64,000 nt of DNA from an uncultured Gammaproteobacteria bacterium (lineage in GTDB: Bacteria > Pseudomonadota > Gammaproteobacteria > Pseudomonadales > JAHEGP01): positions 114,493 to 178,492 of the forward strand of contig CAWEHR010000008.1 of assembly GCA_963808975.1 (NCBI GenBank). Reading direction: 5' to 3'. The translations under genes were made by a program, and so were the position numbers. Below the pieces are notes generated by a model that was not told the origin of the DNA, did no database searches, and worked only from the letters and a program-made list of their open reading frames with translations. Below are positions 27,165-35,906 of this stretch, in pieces. Every line of letters starts with the position of its first letter. Within the stretch, counting starts at the first letter, position 1.

Positions 27165-28319
27165 TCAGAGGGCAAAAAAGTGCCTGATGACGGCTTCCTG
27201 TTCCATGGCGTCCTCGTAGCCATGCTGAATCAGGTCGCGACAGAAGTTCCCTTCGAACAATAAGTAGCTGGCAAGGCTGCCGCCTCCGCCGCGCTTGGTC
27301 GCCCCGGTGACCTGCAATATTGCGCGCATGGTTCTGGGCAGGTCCTGCACGTGTCTTTCAGCGATTTTATCGAACTCGATGGACGGCTCGATGCAAAGCA
27401 GGTCTATCACCCGCATGTTCGCGGCGTAGTGACGGGTCCTTTCGTTTTCAATAATGCCAACCAGTTCGTTAATCCTCACCAGGTTTTCGAGGTCTGTATC
27501 CAGTGTATCGAGAAACGCACTGTTGAAAATATGTCCAACTATTTTCGCCAGCGAGGGGGAGTGAACGGGGGCGTCCGGTTTCTCCGGGGCGGGTGAGTTG
27601 CCACTGACGCCAATCACCATGGCGCGTTCTGCGCCCATGCGCAGGGCCGGGCTGATGGGGGAGAGCTGGCGCAGGGCACCGTCGCCAAAATATTCGCGTC
27701 CAATCAGCTCGGCCGGGAATATCGTGGGCAGGGCAGAGGATGCCATCAGGTGCTCTATGCTCACCACCGCCGGCACGCCAACCTTGCGCGCAGCGTGCCA
27801 CTTGCTGATATTGGTGTTGCCCTGGAAAAAAGTCACGCTCTCGCCACTGTGGTAGGACGAAGCGGTAATGCCCACAGCGTCCAGGTAGCCGCGATCGATT
27901 CGGGACTGGATGTTGCGAAACTGGATGGAGTGGCGCAACAGGTCCCGCAATGGCGCATTGTCCAGCAGCGACAGCGGCCGGCTGTTACTGATGCCGGCGT
28001 TGAACAGCGACATGAACAGCTTCAGCAGTCCCAGGGCAATATGGGCGGCATCGGCATTGTAGACGTTCTCAACCGACAGGTCGGTCCACATCTTTTCGAC
28101 TTTTTTGATGGACAGCCGGAAGTTGTTGGCCGAGGCGGCAATGGCCACGGCATTGATGGCACCGGCGGAGGTGCCGGTAATAATCGAAAACGGGTTCCGG
28201 CTGCGCTTGGGGAACAGGTCGGCCACCGCCTTGAGCACCCCAACCTGGTAGGCACCACGGGCACCGCCGCCGCTGAGCACCAGAGCGGTCTTGCCTTCTG
28301 CTTTCCATTCGATTGACAT
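27165..28319 (-). CDS. patatin-like phospholipase (RssA-like)
   Basis: It has the oxyanion-hole motif GGGARGAYQVG, the nucleophile elbow GTSAG, and a later catalytic Asp region (FGDGALR). Confidence 0.88.
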   Translation of the reverse strand: MSIEWKAEGKTALVLSGGGARGAYQVGVLKAVADLFPKRSRNPFSIITGTSAGAINAVAIAASANNFRLSIKKVEKMWTDLSVENVYNADAAHIALGLLKLFMSLFNAGISNSRPLSLLDNAPLRDLLRHSIQFRNIQSRIDRGYLDAVGITASSYHSGESVTFFQGNTNISKWHAARKVGVPAVVSIEHLMASSALPTIFPAELIGREYFGDGALRQLSPISPALRMGAERAMVIGVSGNSPAPEKPDAPVHSPSLAKIVGHIFNSAFLDTLDTDLENLVRINELVGIIENERTRHYAANMRVIDLLCIEPSIEFDKIAERHVQDLPRTMRAILQVTGATKRGGGGSLASYLLFEGNFCRDLIQHGYEDAMEQEAVIRHFFAL

Positions 28320-28558
28320 TATCAGTTCCGTGCTGCCGATGGATGAAGTTTAGACCACACTACGAAGCCCTCAAATACAGCTAGGGTGAGCACCCGCGGG
28401 TGACGAGTATGCGCGAAGTGGCCGAACGTTTGTTATAATCGCGCGCTTTGTCCAGACAGCTCGCCTGCGGCGCCAGGTGCGCCGGTGCGTTGCCGTGCCT
28501 TGCCCGGTCGAACTGTCTGCAGCCGCCACATCCCGCTACCTCGATCCAGGCGCACGCG

Positions 28559-30370
28559 ATGCGACACATGCAAGCTTCATACCCCGAGCCCGCTGACGGT
28601 CACGATTGGCGGGTGATCGCCCGGTTGTTGCCTTACCTCTGGCAGTACCGCGCGAGGGTGATGGTGGCGCTGGCTTTCCTGGTGGTGGCCAAGGTCGCCA
28701 ACGTGCTGGTGCCGGTTAGCCTCAAGTATATCGTTGATGCGCTGGACCCCAGCCTGCAACCGGGCCTCGACCTTATTCTGGTGCCCATGGGCCTGGTGCT
28801 GGCCTACGGTGTACTGCGCTTCAGCGCCGTCTTTTTTGGCGAGTTGCGTGACGCTGTGTTCGCCCGGGTCGCGGAGCGTTCGCTGTCACAGATCAGCCTT
28901 GCGGTGTTTCGCCACCTGCACGAGCTGGATCTGTCCTTCCACCTTGAACGTCGAACCGGCGGTATCTCCAGGGATATGGAGCGCGGTACCAATGGCATCA
29001 GCTTCCTGCTGCGCTCAGTGGTGTTCAGCGTCGTGCCCATCCTCATTGAAGTGATCCTGGTGGCTGTTGTCATTGCATTTACCGCAGACGTCTACTTTGC
29101 GCTTATCGTGTTCGCCGGGGTCGCTTCCTACATCGCATTTTCCGTGTGGATGACCAACCGGCGCACGGTTCTGATACGCACTGCCAACCAGCGTGACAGC
29201 GATGCCAACCAGCGCGCGGTCGACAGCCTGCTGAACTATGAAACGGTGAAGTACTTCAACAACGAGCGCTATGAGGCACAGCGCTATGAGCAGAACCTGC
29301 AGGCGAGGGAAGACGCAAAAGTGGTCAACCTCTACAGCCTCGCGGTGCTTAACAGCGGCCAGGCGCTGATTATTGCAGGCAGTGTCACGCTGGCGATGTG
29401 GCTGGCCGCCGTGCGGGTGGCCAACGGCGATATGACCCTGGGTGACCTGGCGATGGTCAATGCGTTTATGTTCCAGGTGTTTGTACCCCTGAATATTCTC
29501 GGTTTCGTATACCGTGAGCTGCGCCGCGCGCTTACCGATGTCGAGGCCATGTTTGGCTTGCTGGATATCGAGCCCAGGGTGGTCGATCGGCCGGGAGCGG
29601 GCTGCTGTGACGATAGCCTGGATGGCCTGGAGTTCGACCAGGTTTGCTTCGGCTATCATCCCCAACGGCCTATCTTGAAAGGCCTCAGCTTCAGGGTTGA
29701 GCCGGGGCAAAAGGTAGCCATCGTCGGCGCCAGTGGCGCCGGTAAATCAACCCTCGGTCGCTTGCTGTTCCGTTTCTACGACGTCGACAGCGGCGCGATT
29801 CGGGTCGGCGGTGTCGATATTCGTGACCTCAAGCAGCATAGCTGGCGATCCGCGATCGGTGTGGTGCCGCAGGATACGGTGCTGTTCAATGACACCCTGC
29901 GGCAGAATATTGCCTATGGCCGCCCTGGCGCGAGTGAAGACCAACTGGACAGCGTCATCGAACTCGCCCACCTCAAGGGTTTCGTCGACAGCCTGCCGGC
30001 GGGGCTGGAGACCCGGGTGGGTGAGCGGGGATTGAAGGTATCAGGGGGAGAAAAACAGCGGGTTGCCATCGCCAGGATGTTGCTCAAGAAGCCGCGCATC
30101 CTGCTCTTCGACGAAGCGACCTCGTCCCTGGACTCAGCCTCTGAAAGCGCTATCCTGCGGGCGCTGCGCGAGGTATCGGCGCGCCACACCAGCCTGGTGA
30201 TTGCACACCGGCTGTCGACAGTGGTCGATGCCGACAATATCATCGTACTGGATGATGGTAGAGTGGTTGAAAGTGGCACCCACGCTCACCTGATGGCGCA
30301 GCAGGGGCGTTACTGGACGATGTGGCAGATGCAACAGAAACAGCAGGAAGAGCAACCGGGCCGCGAATGA
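28559..30370 (+). CDS. ABC exporter, fused permease/ATPase (Atm1/HMT1-like)
   Basis: I trimmed the start to ATG 28559. A six-TM domain is followed by an NBD with Walker A GASGAGKST, the signature VSGGEKQR and Walker B ILLFDEATS. The N-terminal pattern LLPYLWQYRARV is typical of Atm1-type exporters. Confidence 0.88.
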   Translation: MRHMQASYPEPADGHDWRVIARLLPYLWQYRARVMVALAFLVVAKVANVLVPVSLKYIVDALDPSLQPGLDLILVPMGLVLAYGVLRFSAVFFGELRDAVFARVAERSLSQISLAVFRHLHELDLSFHLERRTGGISRDMERGTNGISFLLRSVVFSVVPILIEVILVAVVIAFTADVYFALIVFAGVASYIAFSVWMTNRRTVLIRTANQRDSDANQRAVDSLLNYETVKYFNNERYEAQRYEQNLQAREDAKVVNLYSLAVLNSGQALIIAGSVTLAMWLAAVRVANGDMTLGDLAMVNAFMFQVFVPLNILGFVYRELRRALTDVEAMFGLLDIEPRVVDRPGAGCCDDSLDGLEFDQVCFGYHPQRPILKGLSFRVEPGQKVAIVGASGAGKSTLGRLLFRFYDVDSGAIRVGGVDIRDLKQHSWRSAIGVVPQDTVLFNDTLRQNIAYGRPGASEDQLDSVIELAHLKGFVDSLPAGLETRVGERGLKVSGGEKQRVAIARMLLKKPRILLFDEATSSLDSASESAILRALREVSARHTSLVIAHRLSTVVDADNIIVLDDGRVVESGTHAHLMAQQGRYWTMWQMQQKQQEEQPGRE

Positions 30371-30428
30371 TCGCCGGCCCTGGGCGACAGTACAATTTTG
30401 CGACAATCGAAGCATCAGGGGAGTGTGT

Positions 30429-31073
30429 ATGAAATATGTGATCGAGCCAGTGACCCTCTACCAACAGAATTGTACCTTGTTGATCTGCGAGGACACCGGC
30501 AAGGCCGCCATCGTCGATCCGGGCGGGGAGGTCGATCGGCTTGTTGCGAGGCTGGAGGGCCTGCAGGTCGAACCTGAAAAAATATTCCTCACCCACGGGC
30601 ACATGGACCACTGTGGCGGCGCCGACGCCCTGCGCTCCCGGCTCGGCATTCCTATTGAAGGGCCCCATGAAGACGACCGCTTCTGGATCGACCAACTGCC
30701 GGCCTGGTGCGAGATGGCTGGTATGCAGCGGGTGGAGGCCTTCGAGCCCGATCGCTGGCTCCAGCATAATGATACCGTTAGATTCGGTGCCCAGGAGCTC
30801 AGCGTCAAGCATTGCCCCGGCCATACCCCGGGCCATGTCATTTTTTTCCATGCGGGTGCGCGCTTGGCCCAGGTGGGGGATGTCCTGTTCCAGGGCTCGA
30901 TCGGCCGCACTGACTTTCCCCGCGGCGACCATGCCACCTTAATCAAATCCATCCGCGAGCAGCTCTGGCCCCTCGGCGACGACGTCACGTTCATACCCGG
31001 CCATGGGCCCACCTCGACCTTTGGCCGCGAGCGGCGCTCCAACCCCTTTGTCGCGGACCCGCGTTTTGGCTGA
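30429..31073 (+). CDS. MBL-fold metallohydrolase (glyoxalase II / YcbL-like)
   Basis: It has the metal motif THGHMDHCGG plus downstream His/Asp ligands (CPGHTPGH, GD..F). The start is at ATG 30429, after GGGGAG. Confidence 0.85.
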   Translation: MKYVIEPVTLYQQNCTLLICEDTGKAAIVDPGGEVDRLVARLEGLQVEPEKIFLTHGHMDHCGGADALRSRLGIPIEGPHEDDRFWIDQLPAWCEMAGMQRVEAFEPDRWLQHNDTVRFGAQELSVKHCPGHTPGHVIFFHAGARLAQVGDVLFQGSIGRTDFPRGDHATLIKSIREQLWPLGDDVTFIPGHGPTSTFGRERRSNPFVADPRFG

Positions 31074-31128
31074 CGACCCCGCCACACTGCGACGCCAGCA
31101 GGCGACGGTATACCCGCTTCTGCTGCCG

Positions 31129-31503
31129 ATGGCGGTGATCGGGATCGCCGTCTGGCTATTGCAGGAGCCGGGACTCACGTTTCTGGGCTATATCTTTGCG
31201 GCCTACAGTGCCGTGTTGCTTGGCGCCCTGCCGAAGGAAATCACAGGCTTCGGGCAGCACCCGGGGCAGTGGCTGGCGGCTTTGGCATTTTTTGCGACGG
31301 CGCTGGCGGCAATGGCGATCAAGGTGCCCGCGGGCTGGTTGGTGCTGATATTTCTGCTGGGGTTGCTCTTGAGATTTTGGTACATCCGGCAATATCATCG
31401 CCAGCGGGGGCGCAGCCAGGCGGCGGAGTTATTGCGGCGCGCACTGCTGATAGCATTGTGGTCATCAATCAGCGTGGTGGTGGCATTGTACAACCCTTAC
31501 TGA
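31129..31503 (+). CDS. small integral membrane protein, function unknown
   Basis: It has three to four hydrophobic helices and a basic loop (RQYHRQRGRSQ). The start is uncertain: ATG 31129, or TTG 31066 overlapping the end of the MBL gene. Confidence 0.5.
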   Translation: MAVIGIAVWLLQEPGLTFLGYIFAAYSAVLLGALPKEITGFGQHPGQWLAALAFFATALAAMAIKVPAGWLVLIFLLGLLLRFWYIRQYHRQRGRSQAAELLRRALLIALWSSISVVVALYNPY

Positions 31504-31607
31504 GTACAATCGGCACCGAACAACGGTAAGCGTCGTCGAAGTGCGCGCATCCCCGATGCAGGCGGGTCCGGTTTGCAATGGCCTCGCCTGGCCATGGAAC
31601 GAAAACG

Positions 31608-32321
31608 ATGAACCTGTACTCTATTTACAAGTGGCTGATCTACATTCCCGCCCTGGGCCTGGTAACCCTGTTCAATTTCATCGGGGTAATGGTCGTTGCC
31701 CCCTTCAGCCCGCGCCTGGCGAGCCGCTGGTTTGCCGGCATGTGGGCCCGGGAGCTGATGTACCTGGTACCCGCCAAGCTGCGGGTTTTTGGTGAAGAGA
31801 ACCTGCCCCTCAATCCGTCTTACATCGTAGTGGCCAATCACCTGAGCCTGATGGATATACCCATTTTGTACGGCTGGCTGGATCTCGATCTCAAGTGGGT
31901 GATGAAAAAGGAGCTGCGCAAGGTACCCCTGATCGGCTCCGGTTGTGCCATGATGGGGCATATTTTCATCGACCGTTCCAATCGTGAGATTGCCCTGCAG
32001 CAACTGGAGGCTGTAAAGCGCGACCTGGAGCCGGGCGTCTCCATCCTCTTTTTCCCCGAGGGTAGCCGCAGTCGCGACGGTAAGCTGAAGAAGTTCAAAA
32101 GCGGGGCGTTCCTCATGGCGAAGGATCTCGACTTGCCTATCCTGCCCATCACCCTGACCCATGTCGATACGATACTGCCCCCCGATGGCATGGATTTGCG
32201 CCCCGGCAAGGCCGAGATGATCATTCACCCGCCGATAGGCCTCGACGAGGTGCGGAGCTCATCCCCCGATCAACTGCGGGATCGGGCGCGGGCGATCATC
32301 GCCAGCCGATTGGAGAAATAG
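31608..32321 (+). CDS. 1-acyl-sn-glycerol-3-phosphate acyltransferase family (PlsC-like)
   Basis: It has the acyltransferase HX4D motif (ANHLSLMD) and the FPEGSRS motif, with an N-terminal TM helix. The start is trimmed to ATG 31608. Confidence 0.85.
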   Translation: MNLYSIYKWLIYIPALGLVTLFNFIGVMVVAPFSPRLASRWFAGMWARELMYLVPAKLRVFGEENLPLNPSYIVVANHLSLMDIPILYGWLDLDLKWVMKKELRKVPLIGSGCAMMGHIFIDRSNREIALQQLEAVKRDLEPGVSILFFPEGSRSRDGKLKKFKSGAFLMAKDLDLPILPITLTHVDTILPPDGMDLRPGKAEMIIHPPIGLDEVRSSSPDQLRDRARAIIASRLEK

Positions 32322-32326
32322 CCGCC

Positions 32327-32968
32327 ATGTATACCGGAATCGTCCAGGGCAGCTTTCCCATCGTCGCCATCGAAAAGAAGACCGGCTTACATACCCTCAC
32401 TATCTCCCTCGATAGTGAGCGTTGCCGGGATATACAGATAGGGGCGAGCGTGGCCGTGGATGGCGTCTGCCTTAGCGTAACGGCTATCCGGGGCGAGCAA
32501 CTGGTGTTCGATGTCATGCAGCAGACCCTGCAGCAAACCACCCTGGGCGATCTGCAGGCCGGTGACCGGGTGAATATAGAACGCTCCGCCCGCTATGGCG
32601 ATGAGATCGGTGGCCATGCCATGTCAGGGCACATCGACGCCGCCATTGAAATCATCGGCGTGGAGGCGCCGGAAAACAACCGTGAACTGCTATTTCGCCT
32701 GCCGCCGGCGCTGGTGCCGTATGTGTTCCAGCGCGGCTATGTCGGCCTCAACGGCTGTAGTCTCACCGTTGCCCGCTACCAGCCTGAAGACGCGCAATTC
32801 ACGGTCTGTCTCATTCCTGAAACCCTGCGCGTTACCACCTTTGGCGAGAAGGCCGTTGGCGACCGGGTCAACCTGGAACTGGATCGTCAGACCCAGGCGA
32901 TCGTCGACTCGGTCAAGCGCTACCTGCATGGCAACCGGCAGCAGTTGCGGCAGTGGTTGCTTGGTTAA
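32327..32968 (+). CDS. ribE: riboflavin synthase, alpha chain (ribC in E. coli nomenclature)
   Basis: 213 aa with the N-terminus MYTGIVQG. It has the duplicated lumazine-binding repeats (GASVAVDGVCLSV / GYVGLNGCSLTV). Confidence 0.9.
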   Translation: MYTGIVQGSFPIVAIEKKTGLHTLTISLDSERCRDIQIGASVAVDGVCLSVTAIRGEQLVFDVMQQTLQQTTLGDLQAGDRVNIERSARYGDEIGGHAMSGHIDAAIEIIGVEAPENNRELLFRLPPALVPYVFQRGYVGLNGCSLTVARYQPEDAQFTVCLIPETLRVTTFGEKAVGDRVNLELDRQTQAIVDSVKRYLHGNRQQLRQWLLG

Positions 32969-32997
32969 CCGCACCGCACCGATCCTGATTCCCAGCT

Positions 32998-33804
32998 TCA
33001 GGCTCCGGCGGTCTGGGCCTGCTCGACGCCTACCTCAACGCCTTCGATCTCCTCAAACAGGGCAATAAACTGCTGGGTCAATTTGTGCCCCCCCGCCAGG
33101 TAGATCAGGGGCTCCGACGCTTCGTGGGACTCCCGCATTTTGACCGAAGAGCAGAGATAGCTTGCGAACAGTGGCAGGCCTTCCTCGGCCAGGGCGTCGA
33201 CGATGCGCTGGGGTTGGTTGGCGCGGGGCTGGAACTGGTTGACCACGATGCCCTCCAGCGCCAGGTCTTCGCTGTGGTCTTCCTGGGTTTCCTGGATATT
33301 GGCCAGCAGCGCGTAAAGGGCCTTGCGCGAGAAGTCGTCGCAGTCGAAGGGTATCAACACCTTGTCGGCCGCGATCAGTGCCGACAGCGAATAGAAGTTG
33401 AAGGCCGGGGGGGTGTCGATATAGATGCGATCGAATGTCTTTTCCAGCTTGTCCAACAGGTCGCGCAGCTTGTATATCTTGTGCTTGCTTTGGAGCTTGG
33501 ATTCAATGTCCAGCAAATCGTGGTGGCCGGGAATGATGTACAGGTTTTCAAAGCCGGTGTCATGGACGAAATCCATGGGCTCACGGTTGAACAGGCTGAA
33601 GCCGAGGGTTTGCTGGAAGTAATCGGCAATATTGTCTTCCGGGCTCTCGGCTTCGGCGCCCAGCACGTACTGGCTGGTATTGCATTGCGAGTCGAGGTCA
33701 ACCAGCAGGGTACGATAGCCGTAGGCGGCACTGATAGCGGCGAGGTTGGTGGTGATGCTGGATTTGCCAACGCCCCCCTTCTGGTTGAATACAACGCGAA
33801 TCAT
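32998..33804 (-). CDS. orphan ParA/MinD-family P-loop ATPase
   Basis: It has the deviant Walker A NQKGGVGKSS and Walker B-like IYIDTPP. No parB-like gene is adjacent. Confidence 0.88.
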   Translation of the reverse strand: MIRVVFNQKGGVGKSSITTNLAAISAAYGYRTLLVDLDSQCNTSQYVLGAEAESPEDNIADYFQQTLGFSLFNREPMDFVHDTGFENLYIIPGHHDLLDIESKLQSKHKIYKLRDLLDKLEKTFDRIYIDTPPAFNFYSLSALIAADKVLIPFDCDDFSRKALYALLANIQETQEDHSEDLALEGIVVNQFQPRANQPQRIVDALAEEGLPLFASYLCSSVKMRESHEASEPLIYLAGGHKLTQQFIALFEEIEGVEVGVEQAQTAGA

Positions 33805-34110
33805 TAGCTACTCCAAAGTTTGCCGGCAACCCTATAATTAGCGGCGAGCGCGGCACAGTAATCAGGGATGGAAGAAACCTGCCATGATACCTATTGACGG
33901 CACTCCTTGGCAATATACTGTGATCCCTTTGCCGGGATTTGGCATTGCAGAGGCAGACCAATTTGCGCCATGGCAAACGAAGCTAACCGCTGCTGGAACC
34001 CACGTCCCACCGATAGCGCATTGCCGGCCGCCGACTTGCGCCGTGGCGGCACCGTCGGCACAATGCGGGCAGTGTGAAGCAGCCTCGCTATTTTCCGGGA
34101 CCCGGCTCCG

Positions 34111-35157
34111 ATGCAAGCAGAAACGTACCCCGCCCTGCGCTGGCAAACAGACAGTCTCGACCTGCTGGACCAGCGCCTGTTACCGCACAAAATCGAGTAT
34201 TTGCGGCTGCACAGTGCCGGGCAGGTGGCGCAGGCAATTACCGATATGGCAGTGCGGGGGGCACCTGCCATCGGGATTGCGGCCGCCTACGGCGCTGCCC
34301 TGGCGGCACTCGAATTGCAGTCTGCAGCGCCTGCCACCCCGGTATCCTGGGGCGAGGCCATGGCACCGGCACTGGCAACCCTGGCCGCGTCCCGGCCCAC
34401 TGCGGTGAACTTATTCTGGGCCCTTGAGCAGGTGCGGCGGGAAGTGGCTGCGGGGGGTGCTGACCTGCCGCTGCGCCTGCAACGCCTGGCCCTGGACATT
34501 CACCAGTCGGATATCAACGCCAACCGCACGCTGGGCCAGTACGGCGCCGACCTGCTGCCCCGGGGTTGTCGCGTTTATACCCACTGCAACGCCGGGGCCC
34601 TGGCAACCGGTGGCTACGGTACCGCACTGGGTGTCATTCGCGCTGCTCACGAGCAGGGTAAGCTCAGCCAGGTCTATGCGGGTGAAACCCGCCCCTGGTT
34701 GCAGGGCAGTCGGCTGACCGCCTGGGAGTTGCAGCAGCAGGGCATCCCGGTATCCATAGCCGCGGAGGGAGCAGCGGGTTCCCTGATGCGCGGCGGCCTG
34801 GTCGACTGGGTGATTGTCGGGGCCGACCGGGTAGCGCGCAATGGCGACGTCGCCAACAAGGTTGGTACTTACAACCTGGCCGTGCTCGCGCGCCATCACA
34901 GGCTGCGTTTCATGGTGGCGCTGCCAAGCTCCACCATCGACCTGGCCGCGGCCGATGGTGATGCCATCCCGTTGGAACATCGCGCTGCCGAGGAGCTTAC
35001 CCACTTTGCCGGTGCTGCCATCGCGCCTGCCGGTGTCTGCGCCGTGAACCCGGTATTCGATGTCACCCCGGCGCATCTGGTGGATGCACTGGTTACAGAA
35101 AAAGGCGTGGTCGAGCGTCCCGACGCCGATGGCATTGCCCGCCTGCTGGCCACCTGA
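34111..35157 (+). CDS. mtnA: S-methyl-5-thioribose-1-phosphate isomerase
   Basis: 348 aa. It has the eIF-2B/MtnA family motifs [32 protein letters not shown] and VGADRVA.NGD.ANK.GTY. Confidence 0.9.
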   Translation: MQAETYPALRWQTDSLDLLDQRLLPHKIEYLRLHSAGQVAQAITDMAVRGAPAIGIAAAYGAALAALELQSAAPATPVSWGEAMAPALATLAASRPTAVNLFWALEQVRREVAAGGADLPLRLQRLALDIHQSDINANRTLGQYGADLLPRGCRVYTHCNAGALATGGYGTALGVIRAAHEQGKLSQVYAGETRPWLQGSRLTAWELQQQGIPVSIAAEGAAGSLMRGGLVDWVIVGADRVARNGDVANKVGTYNLAVLARHHRLRFMVALPSSTIDLAAADGDAIPLEHRAAEELTHFAGAAIAPAGVCAVNPVFDVTPAHLVDALVTEKGVVERPDADGIARLLAT

Positions 35158-35183
35158 GCGAGGGTTAGTAACCCGGCCCCGGG

Positions 35184-35690
35184 TCAATCAGCCGGGGCAT
35201 CAGCGCCACCGCCAATGGGAAAGTTCACCCCGGCGCTGAGCATCATACCCGCGGTACCGAAGATCATCAGCTCCGACGAGAACCAGCGGTACTTGAAACC
35301 AAAACTCGGCAGGATGGCGGGGGCGATGCCCGAGCTGTTGAAAGGGATGGCGTCCTGGTGTTCATCCTTGTAGCCGTGCAGCAAGCCGCCGGTGACCTTG
35401 AAATAGGTCATTTCGCGGGTTTTGGGGATAACCCAGGAGTAGCCTGCATAGAGGTACTGCGAGGGTTGGTCGAAGGAATTGCGAAATGCCGCAAAGCCGA
35501 AAACCCACCGCGACGCCTTGTCCAGCTCGACCGCCAGCAGGCGCTGGTTGTTGGTGTGATCCTCGTCGGGGTCGAAATGCACGGTGTAGAGGCTGGTCTG
35601 TACCAGGACGGAGTCGCCTTTTTCGAAAATATCCGCCCAGAGGATACCTGGACAAAGCGCCACTATCGCGAGCAGGAGCGTTTTTCGCAT
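35184..35690 (-). CDS. small outer-membrane beta-barrel protein, PagP-like (tentative)
   Basis: It has a signal peptide and alternating aromatic/Gly beta-strand patterns. The motif order (..YTVHFD..N..., GFAAFRNSF..., YAGYSW..., TGGLLHGY...) resembles PagP-type eight-stranded barrels. The function call is weak. Confidence 0.55.
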   Translation of the reverse strand: MRKTLLLAIVALCPGILWADIFEKGDSVLVQTSLYTVHFDPDEDHTNNQRLLAVELDKASRWVFGFAAFRNSFDQPSQYLYAGYSWVIPKTREMTYFKVTGGLLHGYKDEHQDAIPFNSSGIAPAILPSFGFKYRWFSSELMIFGTAGMMLSAGVNFPIGGGADAPAD

Positions 35691-35906
35691 CTGAGTTTAG
35701 GACCGCAAGGGGAAAGATTGCGGAGTGTACAGAAAGCGGCTGCTTTTAAACACCCAAAGTATGCAGGGAAAAGCGTGTATCCTGCTCGATCCGCCATGCC
35801 CCCATATACCGCCGGCGGCCTGCAAAAACGACCCTGGCGCCGGCTCTTGTGCAGCGCGAGATGCTCCGACCACCCCGCAACAGCGCTACCCATCACCAGG
35901 CAGCCG

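Noticed and set aside
27165-28319. The patatin-like phospholipase considered as the effector of a CBASS-type or other defence system.
   Set aside because: No cyclase, nucleotidyltransferase, sensor or other defence gene is adjacent. The neighbours are an ABC exporter on the opposite strand and a convergent small gene. The sequence looks like housekeeping RssA-type patatins.
32998-33804. ParA considered as a marker of an integrated plasmid or mobile element.
   Set aside because: No parB, rep, integrase, transposase, tRNA target or direct repeats were found nearby. The flanking genes are core metabolism (ribE, mtnA).
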